This document shows positions 46,614 through 55,641 of a stretch of DNA of 58,383 nt, piece after piece; position 1 is the stretch's first letter; each line of letters opens with the position of its first letter. The position numbers and the translations under genes were made by a program. The stretch covers positions 1 to 58,383 of the IMG/VR virus record IMGVR_UViG_3300025018_000173; one strand, written 5' to 3'. The notes under the pieces were generated by a model, which was given only the letters and a program-made list of their open reading frames with translations, was not told the DNA's origin and searched no databases. Origin of the DNA: a virus. Lineage: Duplodnaviria; Caudoviricetes.

Positions 46614-49042
46614 AGGTCCGGCTGTTCCCATATCAGCGCGAGGACGTGAACCGGTTTCATGCGCAGCTTGATGCGACCAAGGTGGCAGTATCGACGCACG
46701 AGCAGGGGTTGGGCAAAGCACAACCTGTGCGCGAGCCGGTTCTCACGCCGCACGGTTGGCAGCCCATCGGTAAGCTGAAAGTCGGTGACACGATCTGCAC
46801 CGCTGACGGCGGCGAGCAGACCGTGGTCGGGATCTACCCGCAGGGTTTGCGCGAGATCTACGCGGTCATTTTCGACGACGGCGGCACGACCCTGTGCGAC
46901 GCCGAGCACCTATGGCTGGTCTACGACAGCGAGCACCCAAAGCGCGCGCCCGAGGTGAAGTCTCTGGCCGAGATCATGCGGCGGGGCGTCAAGCGCAAGA
47001 GCGGGTCGCACGATCGCAACCGGTGGGCTGTGCCGATCGCCGAGCCTGCGCACATGAAGGGCCCTGAGATGCGCGTCCCCGGCTACACGCTGGGCGCGCT
47101 CATTGGAGACGGACACCTGAACGGCATCACCGTTTCTCTGTCCGCCCCGGCGTGCAAGACCGCCGTGTGGATGCGCGTGAAAGCGGAAGTCGAAAGGGCG
47201 TTCATAGGCATCCGCGCGCATAGAACCGAGTACGACGGGTCGTGCGGCAATTTGAACATCGTCAACGACGACGATCAGTACCGCAACCCGTTCAAGGCAG
47301 AGATGGCGGCGCTCGGTCTGGACGTGAAGTCCGGCGAGAGGTTCATCCCCACGAGCGTATTCGTGCAGCCCGTCGATTACCGCCTGAACGTGCTGCGCGG
47401 CCTCATGGACACTGACGGGTCGTGCCGGCGCAACCGGGCCACATATCACTCCTGCTGCGAGGCGCTCGCGAAAGACGTGGCGATGCTGGCGCGGTCGCTC
47501 GGCATGACCGCGAAGCTGAGGGCGTACGACCGCACGCAAGAAAACAAAGGGCTCGAGTATCAAGTCTCTGTCCGCTCTTGGGACCTGTGCCCGTTCTTCG
47601 ATCCGTGCAAGGCGGGCAAGTGGTCGCCGATCACGAACAAGGCGAAGAAGCGGTCCATCGTCGGCGTTCGGGCCGCGGGAACCGAACACGCGGTCTGCAT
47701 CGCGGTGTCTTCGCCGGACCGGCTGTACGTCACACGACACCACGTGGTGACGCACAACACCCTCATGGCCATTACCCTGTGCGACGAGCGCAAGTACCGG
47801 CACGTGCTGGTCCTGTGCCCTGCGATTGCGCGCCTGTCGTGGCGGTCGGAGATCCAGAAGTGGATGCAGGTTCATCGCGACGTGACCGTCATAGGCGGGT
47901 CGAAGGACATCGACAAGCTGCGCAACCGCAAGCCGTCGTCCATCGTGGTCTGCACCTACGATCTGTGCCGCAACGATGCCGTGCGCGAGACACTGTGCGG
48001 CTATGGCTTCGACTTCGCGATCCTCGACGAGTTCCAGATGCTGCGCAACCCGGACGCCAAGCGGACGCTGGCCGTCTACCATCGGCGCGTGGGCGTGCTG
48101 GCGAAAATACCCGACGTCATGATCATGTCGGGCACGCCCGTCGTGTCGTGGCCGCTGGATATGTGGGCGCATCTGGCCCGGTTCGCGGCCGAGCGCATCA
48201 TGGACGGCGACAAGCGCATGACGCACGAGCAGTTCCGTGACCGCTATCACATCACCCGGCGGCAGCCGATTGCCGGCAAGCGCGACCCGCTCATCAAGAT
48301 CGTGGCGACGCGCAATCTCGACGACCTGCGTGCGCGCGTGGACGGGTGGGCGGTGCGCCGCCGGAAAGCGGACGTGCTCAAGGACCTGCCGCCCATGATG
48401 GTGCGGGACTGGCCGCTCGAGATAACACCGGCGGACCGGCGCAACTTCATGGCTATGCTCGAGGATGAACTGCCGCCCGAACTGGTGCTGCGGATCCGGC
48501 AGGCCAAGACCGAAGCCGAACTGGCGGCGGTCGCTGACCTCGTGCTGAACGGCAGCCCGCATGTGGCGAAGGTCGTGCGCATCTGCGGCGTGGCCAAGGT
48601 CCCGGCCCTGCTGCGCAGTCTCAAGGCTGAACTGGCCGAGAGCGATTACAAGCTGGCCCTCATGTGCTGGAACCACGACGTCGTGGACATGCTCATGGCC
48701 GGGCTGCAAGAGTTCCGCCCGGTGGCGATCACCGGCAAGCACAGCACGTCGCAGCGGACAGCCGCTGTGGCAGCCTTCATGGACGACCCCGCGTGCCGGG
48801 TGTTCGTCGGTCAGATCAGCGCCTGTGGCACCGCCCTGACGCTCACGTCGTGCAGCCGCGTGCTGTTCCCCCAGCTTAGCTGGACCCCCGGTGATAACGC
48901 GCAGGCGGCTGCACGCTTCCATCGCATCGGGCAGCGGGACAGCGTGGACGTCCGCATCCCCACGATGCCGGGGTCCATCGACGCGGCGTTCAACCGGGTC
49001 CTGTCGAAGAAGCTGGCCGCAGCGAAAGAGGTCGTGGACTGA
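46610..49042 (+). CDS. SNF2-family helicase with intein
   Basis: LFPYQ, EQGLGK|T, LVLCPA, ILDEFQ, MSGTP, WTPGDNAQAAARFHRIGQ. Confidence 0.95.
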   Translation: MKVRLFPYQREDVNRFHAQLDATKVAVSTHEQGLGKAQPVREPVLTPHGWQPIGKLKVGDTICTADGGEQTVVGIYPQGLREIYAVIFDDGGTTLCDAEHLWLVYDSEHPKRAPEVKSLAEIMRRGVKRKSGSHDRNRWAVPIAEPAHMKGPEMRVPGYTLGALIGDGHLNGITVSLSAPACKTAVWMRVKAEVERAFIGIRAHRTEYDGSCGNLNIVNDDDQYRNPFKAEMAALGLDVKSGERFIPTSVFVQPVDYRLNVLRGLMDTDGSCRRNRATYHSCCEALAKDVAMLARSLGMTAKLRAYDRTQENKGLEYQVSVRSWDLCPFFDPCKAGKWSPITNKAKKRSIVGVRAAGTEHAVCIAVSSPDRLYVTRHHVVTHNTLMAITLCDERKYRHVLVLCPAIARLSWRSEIQKWMQVHRDVTVIGGSKDIDKLRNRKPSSIVVCTYDLCRNDAVRETLCGYGFDFAILDEFQMLRNPDAKRTLAVYHRRVGVLAKIPDVMIMSGTPVVSWPLDMWAHLARFAAERIMDGDKRMTHEQFRDRYHITRRQPIAGKRDPLIKIVATRNLDDLRARVDGWAVRRRKADVLKDLPPMMVRDWPLEITPADRRNFMAMLEDELPPELVLRIRQAKTEAELAAVADLVLNGSPHVAKVVRICGVAKVPALLRSLKAELAESDYKLALMCWNHDVVDMLMAGLQEFRPVAITGKHSTSQRTAAVAAFMDDPACRVFVGQISACGTALTLTSCSRVLFPQLSWTPGDNAQAAARFHRIGQRDSVDVRIPTMPGSIDAAFNRVLSKKLAAAKEVVD
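46718..47758 (+). mobile_element. Class 3 intein (347 aa) with in-frame LAGLIDADG endonuclease
   Basis: Starts AQP; EHLW (block B Trp), AVCIAV (block F Cys), VVTHN|T. LGALIGDG and LRGLMDTDG motifs. Confidence 0.9.
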
Positions 49043-49260
49043 TGCCGAACCGGTATCCCGCCCCCTGCTATCGCTGCGGTAAGATCGTGGAGCCCGGCGC
49101 AGGCGTGTTCGAGAAGTTCGGGCGTGTTCAGCGCAAGAAGTGGCCCAACGCGCCGTACGGCGTGAAGTGGCAGGTCCAGCACCACGAGTGCGCGAAGCGG
49201 TGGTCTGGCACTGCGCGCCACCACCTGTACGCGCCCGAGGAAGGTACGCCGCATGGCTGA
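49042..49260 (+). CDS. Small Cys/His protein
   Basis: NRYPAPCYRCGKIV...QHHEC. Confidence 0.7.
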   Translation: MPNRYPAPCYRCGKIVEPGAGVFEKFGRVQRKKWPNAPYGVKWQVQHHECAKRWSGTARHHLYAPEEGTPHG

Positions 49261-49822
49261 GTATATCATCTCCGACACCCATTTCGGGCACGGGAACATC
49301 ATCGAACTCGGCAAGCGCCCGTTCGAGAACGTGCAGCGCATGAACGACCTGCTGATCGAGAAGTGGAACAGCCGGGTCACACCGCGCGACACGGTCTATC
49401 ACCTTGGGGATTTCGGCTGGAAGAACACCGAGTATAATCTCGACATCCTGTCGCGCCTGCGGTTCAAGAAGCTGGTGCTGGTCTGCGGCAACCACGACAG
49501 CGCCAAGACCTTGCGCGCCTTCGACCAGATGGGCGTGCAGATACAGGACTACCTCGAGGTCGCGACACCCAAGCATAACATCCGGCTGTGCATGTTTCAC
49601 TATCCCCTGCTCGAGTGGAACGGCTTCTACCGCGGCGCGATCCATGCGCATGGGCACACGCACAGCAAGATCTTTTCCGAGTTCCCCGGCCGCTACAACG
49701 TCTGCGTTGAAGCGATCGGATACGCCCCAAAGTCGCTTGCGACGTTGGAAACCGAGCACGTCGAAGCCGTGCGCATACCACAGGAGACCCGTGATGGGCA
49801 TGAAGATCACCCTCGAAATTAA
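49253..49822 (+). CDS. Calcineurin-like metallophosphoesterase
   Basis: ISDTHFGH, HLGDF, GNHD, FHYP, HGHTH. Confidence 0.95.
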   Translation: MAEYIISDTHFGHGNIIELGKRPFENVQRMNDLLIEKWNSRVTPRDTVYHLGDFGWKNTEYNLDILSRLRFKKLVLVCGNHDSAKTLRAFDQMGVQIQDYLEVATPKHNIRLCMFHYPLLEWNGFYRGAIHAHGHTHSKIFSEFPGRYNVCVEAIGYAPKSLATLETEHVEAVRIPQETRDGHEDHPRN

Positions 49823-50468
49823 CGACCCCGCCGTGGTCACGGCGATCATGCGGCTGCTGGCCGAGGACACCTTCGCCGTGCAGGCTGACACGCCTGACGT
49901 CGAGCGCCAGAGCGCGCCCGAAAAGCCGCGCGCCGGCACCGCTGCCGCGCTGCTGAACGACCCCACGCAACCGGGTCAGGGCGGGCAGTCGGCCTCGGCC
50001 AAGCTGATCGCCAGCACCAGCATGAAGCGGGCGCAGACCGTGACGCTGGCGGGCGGGGCCAAGGGCAAGGACGGCGACATCGTCGTGACGGAAAGCGGCG
50101 AGGAAGGCATGATCGTCGCCTGCTATCGCGGCAAGGCCATCCTCGAGTTCGAGGACGCCACCGCCGAGATGTACGACGCGCCGTCGCTGTCGCTGGTGCC
50201 GCAGGAAGACGAAGACCCGCTGCCGCCGGGCGGCTTGGAAGAGCCTGCGTCGGACGAACTGCTGTCGTCCGAGAAGGTCGAGGCCCTCAAGGGAAAGGCC
50301 AACGGACTGGTGGCCAGCAAGCGCGCGACGCCGGACGAGATCTTCAAGCTGCTGGGCCAGTACGGCGCAGGCAAGTTCCAAGACCTGCCCGCCCGTGCGT
50401 TCACCCCGATGGACCGGGCGCTGGACGAACTGGCAGCGATGCCCGAGCCGACCTCGCACGGGTTCTGA
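49794..50468 (+). CDS. Hypothetical replication-module protein
   Basis: AGGAG RBS and C-terminal IFKLLGQYGAGKFQDLP, typical of genes preceding DUF2800. Ends in HGF. Confidence 0.65.
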   Translation: MGMKITLEINDPAVVTAIMRLLAEDTFAVQADTPDVERQSAPEKPRAGTAAALLNDPTQPGQGGQSASAKLIASTSMKRAQTVTLAGGAKGKDGDIVVTESGEEGMIVACYRGKAILEFEDATAEMYDAPSLSLVPQEDEDPLPPGGLEEPASDELLSSEKVEALKGKANGLVASKRATPDEIFKLLGQYGAGKFQDLPARAFTPMDRALDELAAMPEPTSHGF

Positions 50469-50471
50469 GCC

Positions 50472-51275
50472 ATGGACGCTGCCCTCGCAAACAACCGGCC
50501 TTCGGGTTTCAGCCGCACCATCGGCTGTCCGGGGTCACGGCGGATGCTGGCGAAAGCCCCCAACCGTCAGCGGTCTTCGACCTACGCCGACGAGGGCAGC
50601 GCCGCCCACACGCTGATCTATCGCTGCCTCACGACGAACACGATCCCCGTCGAGCACTTGGGGGACGTCATACAGGAAGAGGCGGCATGGCCGGTCAACG
50701 CCAACATGGTGTGGGCGACGTCGGTCATGGTCGCGTGGTGCCGGACCCTCATGAACCACCCCAAACGGCGGTGGCTGTCGATCGAAGACCGGTTGAAGAT
50801 CCCCGGCCTCGACATGCCGAACGGCGGGACCGGAGACTTTCTGGTCCTGATCGGGCGGAACCTGCACGTGGTCGATTACAAGCACGGGGCAGGCGTCTAC
50901 GTCGAGGTCAACGGCAACTCGCAGTTCTTGTCCTACGGGCACGGTGCACTGAGCACCATGCCTGCGGAACTGGCTGCGGACGTCGAGAAGCTGACGCTGA
51001 CCTGCGTGCAGCCCCGCTGCGGCCGTGAGGCCGTGCGCAAGTGGTCTTTGTCTGTCGAAGACCTGCGCGGATGGCTCGACAACGTCGCATACCCTGCGGT
51101 CGAGCGGTCCCGTGCGCCCGATGCACCGCTGGTGCCGGGCGATTGGTGCAAGTTCTGCGAAGCCTCGGGGTTCTGCACCGCCCCGCTTCAAGCCATGGCT
51201 GCCCTCATGGGCGACATGGTCGCCCCCGCAACCGACATCTCACGACCGGAGGTCAAGAAAGACTATGAGTTCTAA
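50472..51275 (+). CDS. DUF2800 / Cas4-like PD-(D/E)xK exonuclease, N-terminal part
   Basis: PSG..R..GCPGS, ADEGSAAH, GGTGD...VVDYKHG, VQPR, PGDWCKFC.A...C. Confidence 0.85.
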   Translation: MDAALANNRPSGFSRTIGCPGSRRMLAKAPNRQRSSTYADEGSAAHTLIYRCLTTNTIPVEHLGDVIQEEAAWPVNANMVWATSVMVAWCRTLMNHPKRRWLSIEDRLKIPGLDMPNGGTGDFLVLIGRNLHVVDYKHGAGVYVEVNGNSQFLSYGHGALSTMPAELAADVEKLTLTCVQPRCGREAVRKWSLSVEDLRGWLDNVAYPAVERSRAPDAPLVPGDWCKFCEASGFCTAPLQAMAALMGDMVAPATDISRPEVKKDYEF

Positions 51276-51723
51276 GCTGACCCTTCCCATCGACATCGAC
51301 GCCGAGGTCATGGACGAAGCCACCCTCGCGCGCATCATGGACATGGCGCCCATCATCACGAAGTGGCTGGACGCCGTGAAGGCCGAGGCCAAGCGCCGCG
51401 TGAACACCGGCAAGGACGTGCCCGGTTATCACATGGCGCCCGGCAAGCGCAGCCGCGCATGGACATCCGACGAAGCTGCCAAGGAAGGCATGGCGGCGGT
51501 CGGGATCAACGATTTCTACGAGGAACCGAAGCTGAAATCGGTTGCCGCCGTAGAGAAGGATTTGCCCGAGGCGAAAGCCGACGTGCTCAAGAAGTTCTGG
51601 CAGTGGCACCCCGGAACACCGTCGCTCAAGAAGGCTGACGGTCCTCGCGCAAATAACGCCCCGTCTACCATGTTCACCGATCAGGCACGGGTCATGGACG
51701 GCAACGCAACACCTGATTGGTAA
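51265..51723 (+). CDS. DUF2800-type C-terminal domain as a separate gene
   Basis: WLDAVKAEA...VPGYHMAPGKRSRAW...PKLKSVAAVEK...GTPSL. GGAGG RBS. Ends in PDW. Confidence 0.7.
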   Translation: MSSKLTLPIDIDAEVMDEATLARIMDMAPIITKWLDAVKAEAKRRVNTGKDVPGYHMAPGKRSRAWTSDEAAKEGMAAVGINDFYEEPKLKSVAAVEKDLPEAKADVLKKFWQWHPGTPSLKKADGPRANNAPSTMFTDQARVMDGNATPDW

Positions 51724-51743
51724 TCGCAGGAGAGGCCAAAAAC

Positions 51744-52451
51744 ATGGCAAGCTATCTCATCAAGGACACCAACGGCGTCATCTGGACGCCGACTGCACTT
51801 ATCCGCTGGCCGAACCTGTTCGTGCCGTCGCTGCCGAAGGGTGCGGACCCCAGCAAGACCCCGCAGTTCTCCGTCACGGCGGTGCTGTCGGCCAAGGAGC
51901 CGGACTTTGAAGAGTTCCGCGCCGTGCTGTGGGAAGAACTCGACCGCGCGTGTGTCGCAAAGCACGGCGCGAACATCGCCGAAATGCGGCAGCGCGGGCG
52001 GCTCAAGCTGGCGGTCAAGCGCAACAACGACCCCGAGGTCGGCAAGATGGGCCAGCCGGGGTTCAAAGAGCGCCCCGACGGGCTGCACTTTGGCGCGACC
52101 ACGCAGTTCAAACCGCCGGTCAACGACATGAACGGCATGGGCATGTCGTCCGATCGTAGCGACGAGATCTACGACGGCATGTTCGGTCAGATCGGCGTTA
52201 CGGCGTGGGGCTGGACGCACCCGACGGGCGGCAAGGGCGTGTCCCTGAACCTCGTGGGTGTGGTCAAGCGGTTCGACGGTGATCGCCTCGGCGGCGCACA
52301 GGCCGACATGAGCGCCGTGCAGGCGGACGACAACGTGCCCGAGGGTGCGAAGGTCTCGCCCGCGCATGACGTCGCTGGTGGCGGCGCTGGTGGCGCGCAC
52401 GACACCGCCCCGGCACAGACCGGCGGCGGCGGCGGAAACTACGGGTTCTGA
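51744..52451 (+). CDS. Single-stranded DNA-binding protein (DUF2815 / gp2.5-like)
   Basis: WPNLFVP, FSVT, IYDG, GKGVSLNL.GV...DGDRLGG. Flexible tail ending YGF. Confidence 0.85.
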   Translation: MASYLIKDTNGVIWTPTALIRWPNLFVPSLPKGADPSKTPQFSVTAVLSAKEPDFEEFRAVLWEELDRACVAKHGANIAEMRQRGRLKLAVKRNNDPEVGKMGQPGFKERPDGLHFGATTQFKPPVNDMNGMGMSSDRSDEIYDGMFGQIGVTAWGWTHPTGGKGVSLNLVGVVKRFDGDRLGGAQADMSAVQADDNVPEGAKVSPAHDVAGGGAGGAHDTAPAQTGGGGGNYGF

Positions 52452-52459
52452 GCGCGCAG

Positions 52460-53692
52460 ATGGGTCGGCCGCGGGAGATACTGCTCGACTACGAGACGCG
52501 CAGCACGTGCGATCTCACGAAGCGTGGCGCGCATGTCTATGCGGCCGACCCCTCGACGTCGATCCTGTGCTACGCATGGGTCGATGTGAACGAACGGTCC
52601 AAGCGCGGGGTCTACCGCGCTTGGCCCAACGCCAACGAGCCGCACCCGGACTGGGTCTATGACCCGCACGCCGCGATCTACGCATGGAACGCCGCCTTCG
52701 AGATCGCCATAACGAAGGACGTTGCGACCCGGCAGTTCGGCTGGCCAGACATATCCGCCGATCGGTTCGTGTGTCTCATGAAGATGGCCGCGCACGCCGG
52801 CATGCCGCTCGCCCTCGACCGCGCGACCGTGGCCGCGGGGCTCGAGGTCGCCAAGGACATGACCGGGCATCGCATGATGATGCGCTGGTGCAAGCCGCTG
52901 CCGCAGTCGAAGGCCGACAAGGAAGCCATCAAGGCGGGCAAGACCCCGCCGGTGCGCTGGGCCGACGACCCCGCAGAATATGACATCCTGTGCGCCTATG
53001 CCGAGGATGACGCACGTGCCGAACTTGGTATGCTGGACGCCCTGACCGGGTCCGCGTCGGACTTCGAGATGGAGATGATGCGGATTGACCAGCGCATCAA
53101 CGATCGTGGTTTCAGGATCGACACCGAGGCCGCCGAGGGTGCGGCCAAGATCGCGGCGGAAGAGGTGAAACGGCTGAACGCCGCAATGAGAAGGCTGACC
53201 AATGGCGAAATCACCACATGCAACCAGCGCGACCGCATCCTTGCTTTCGCAGCCCGACACGGTGTGGATCTGCCCAACCTGCGGTCGGGCGAGGTTAAGG
53301 ATACCTTGGCCGGGGAAGAGCACGACGGTGCCGAAGACGATCTTGCGCAAGTGGCGCTACCTCCTATTGTGCGTCAAGTTTTGGAACTCCGGGTTGAAGC
53401 AAACAAGGCTTCCGTCGCCAAGCTACGAGCAATGGTGCGCGGAGTTGGAACGGACGGGCGCTTTCGCGGCGGCTTCGCGTACGGTGGTGCAGCCAAGACC
53501 CTGCGGTGGGCAGGACGGCGAGTGCAACCGCACAACTTCTCCCGAGAGAACCCCCCCGCCGAGGTTCCAGAGGAAGTATGGTTTGACGCCCTCGCATCCG
53601 GCGACCGGGAATACTTCGCCAGCCTCTTGCCCGACGGGATGACGGTCATGGACGGCCTGAAAAGCAGTCTGCGCGGCATGATCATTCCGTGA
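52460..53692 (+). CDS. DNA polymerase family A, N-terminal chain (3'-5' exonuclease and thumb)
   Basis: LDYETRS, AWNAAFE, YAEDD, DQRINDRG, YGGAAKTLRWAGRRVQPHN. Stops at LRGMIIP, just before motif A. Confidence 0.9.
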   Translation: MGRPREILLDYETRSTCDLTKRGAHVYAADPSTSILCYAWVDVNERSKRGVYRAWPNANEPHPDWVYDPHAAIYAWNAAFEIAITKDVATRQFGWPDISADRFVCLMKMAAHAGMPLALDRATVAAGLEVAKDMTGHRMMMRWCKPLPQSKADKEAIKAGKTPPVRWADDPAEYDILCAYAEDDARAELGMLDALTGSASDFEMEMMRIDQRINDRGFRIDTEAAEGAAKIAAEEVKRLNAAMRRLTNGEITTCNQRDRILAFAARHGVDLPNLRSGEVKDTLAGEEHDGAEDDLAQVALPPIVRQVLELRVEANKASVAKLRAMVRGVGTDGRFRGGFAYGGAAKTLRWAGRRVQPHNFSRENPPAEVPEEVWFDALASGDREYFASLLPDGMTVMDGLKSSLRGMIIP

Positions 53693-53716
53693 TACCATAG
53701 ACCAAGGAGAGACCAG

Positions 53717-53992
53717 ATGAACGACCAGACCCTGACCGAAGACCTGCTCGCCGGATACCGCGCCGCCGCCCAGCAGGCGCTGGATGCAGGGCGGACCGCC
53801 ATCGCGGAGCGCAACGCCTTGCAGCGCGAGTGCGACCGGCTGGCGGCACAGGTCGAGGATCTGAAAGCCGAGACCCGAGACTTCAAGAGCCCTCCTCCGG
53901 TGTTCTGCGCCCGGTGCGGTGCGCCGCGCGACAACCATCCGTACCGCCACCCGTTTGTTCCCGCGCCCATCACACGCGGAGAGCCAAGATGA
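53717..53992 (+). CDS. Hypothetical protein (coiled coil with CxxC)
   Basis: AAGGAG RBS, 91 aa. Confidence 0.7.
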   Translation: MNDQTLTEDLLAGYRAAAQQALDAGRTAIAERNALQRECDRLAAQVEDLKAETRDFKSPPPVFCARCGAPRDNHPYRHPFVPAPITRGEPR

Positions 53993-54693
53993 TCCGCCTT
54001 GCCCCCGCCCTCGCCCTGCTGGCGCTAACCAGCGCCGCACACGCCGCCCCTGTGACCGTCTGGAACGGTCCCGGTCCTCGCGCCTGCAACAGCGCCTGCA
54101 CGGAGCCGTGGGCGCTGTCCGAGGCTGCGCGGGCCATGCCCGCCGACGTGCACGCCGCCATGGCCGCGGCCATTGAGGCCGGCCCAGCCGAGCGCACGCG
54201 CGTCATGCCGGGGCAGATCCTCGCCATGAACACATACGCGAGCGCCGAGGGTCGGCCGCTGGCCGAGGTGCGGCCGATCGTTGCCGATCTGGTCGCCCCG
54301 GAACCTGCGCAGGGGTGGTACGTCCGCGACGCCGCCGGCACGCGCTGGGGGTTCGTGCGGGTGGACGGCTGCGCCAACTGGCAGGTTACGGTAGGCACGC
54401 CGCCAGCGACGCCGGTGCAGACCTACGCGGGCCCGATGACGGTCTGGGGTCCGGGCTATCTGGGCCCGATCGGCTACGGCACACGGGGTGGCGGCGCGTC
54501 CAGCTACTTCAAGACCCACACGACAGTGAACAACTGGACCGACGACGGTCACGCAGAGCCGCCGAGGATTGTGCCGCTGCCGCAGGTGCCCGGTCAAACG
54601 CCGCCCCCGATCCCGCTGCCCGCCGCCGCGTGGCTGCTGGCATGCGGCGTCGCTGCGCTGATCGCAGCCAAACGGGGCTTGCGCCGCCAGTAA
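53989..54693 (+). CDS. Secreted protein with VPLPA-CTERM (exosortase) sorting signal
   Basis: Signal peptide MIRLAPALALLALTSAAHA and C-terminus PIPLPAAAWLLACGVAALIAAKRGLRRQ. Confidence 0.8.
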   Translation: MIRLAPALALLALTSAAHAAPVTVWNGPGPRACNSACTEPWALSEAARAMPADVHAAMAAAIEAGPAERTRVMPGQILAMNTYASAEGRPLAEVRPIVADLVAPEPAQGWYVRDAAGTRWGFVRVDGCANWQVTVGTPPATPVQTYAGPMTVWGPGYLGPIGYGTRGGGASSYFKTHTTVNNWTDDGHAEPPRIVPLPQVPGQTPPPIPLPAAAWLLACGVAALIAAKRGLRRQ

Positions 54694-54735
54694 AAACGCG
54701 GTAATACCTGCTAACGCGACCGAGAGGAACCCCCG

Positions 54736-55125
54736 ATGCCTGACGCCGACGCATGGCGGCGCTGCGACGTTCATAACTATTCCGTTGCCGATGAGTGGGG
54801 CGATCACAGCCACACGATCAGCGAGGTGCGCTGGACGCGGTACGAGTTCGTGCGCGCGACACCGAAAGGCGTCTGGCTTCGAGGTTTCCTGACTGGTGAG
54901 TTCTTCGTGCTCGGCACTTCGCTTCGACAGCGTGCGGTGCCCACGCGCCAGCTTGCCGTGCAGGACGCGATCGCGCGGAAGAGGCGCCACATCCTCGGGT
55001 GCGAGGCCCGGCTAGAACGCGCCTTGACCCACATGGAACAACTTAAAAGGGTAGAGCGACATGAACGTGAACGAGGCTCGCCAGATCGGCGAGAGCAAGC
55101 TGCGGGTATCCAAGCCCCTGTTTGA
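54736..55125 (+). CDS. Hypothetical protein
   Basis: GAGG RBS, VRATPKGVWL motif. Confidence 0.7.
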   Translation: MPDADAWRRCDVHNYSVADEWGDHSHTISEVRWTRYEFVRATPKGVWLRGFLTGEFFVLGTSLRQRAVPTRQLAVQDAIARKRRHILGCEARLERALTHMEQLKRVERHERERGSPDRREQAAGIQAPV

Positions 55126-55327
55126 GAAGAGCATGGAGGTCGCCAAGGCCATGGACGTCGAGGCCCGGCACATGGGCCCGATGACCCTCGCACTGGCGAT
55201 CATGGGCGTGTCCCGCGCCCACCAGTCCGAGGACCTGACCGCCGAACTGACCGACGCGCTGGCGCTGGTCTCGAAGGCCGAGAACGAGTGGCGCATGGAG
55301 CGCATGACTGAGAGGCTGCGGTCATGA
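55061..55327 (+). CDS. Hypothetical protein
   Basis: 88 aa, helical. Confidence 0.55.
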   Translation: MNVNEARQIGESKLRVSKPLFEKSMEVAKAMDVEARHMGPMTLALAIMGVSRAHQSEDLTAELTDALALVSKAENEWRMERMTERLRS

Positions 55328-55641
55328 TCGCGGGCTGCGGAAAAGCGCCGGCCGAAGACGAGCAGCGCGAACATGACAAGGCGTGCTGGGAGGTGGCCAA
55401 GGCCATGACCGGTGCGCTTCCCGTGGTCGCGCATGCACACAGCGCCTGCATGCCCGGCGCGGTGTCGGAGACCGTCGCCGACATGCGGGCTTTGTACCGC
55501 ATGTCCTTCTGCGAGAGCGACGCGCAGTACCATGCGTTCCTCAAGGAACTGATAGGCCGTGCTGGGGCGCTGTACGATGCGGCCCGCGCCGAGGTCGAGC
55601 GCACAGGAGACGATCCGCATGCTGGATCTACCCTGCACTGA
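55324..55641 (+). CDS. Hypothetical protein
   Basis: 105 aa, ATGA overlap. Confidence 0.55.
   Translation: MIAGCGKAPAEDEQREHDKACWEVAKAMTGALPVVAHAHSACMPGAVSETVADMRALYRMSFCESDAQYHAFLKELIGRAGALYDAARAEVERTGDDPHAGSTLH

Noticed and set aside
46910-49966. 1018-aa minus-strand ORF (also 42121-44238)
   Set aside because: Shadows of the helicase and primase genes, with no recognisable motifs or RBS.
50472-51275. Cas4 as evidence for a CRISPR system
   Set aside because: It is the phage DUF2800 exonuclease in its usual nuclease-SSB-PolA context. No array or other cas genes are present.
53693-55618. Group I/II intron or split intein joining the polymerase halves
   Set aside because: There are no intein blocks at either end of the break and no intron core or maturase recognised. 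The region is filled with normal genes, and chain 2 has its own RBS.
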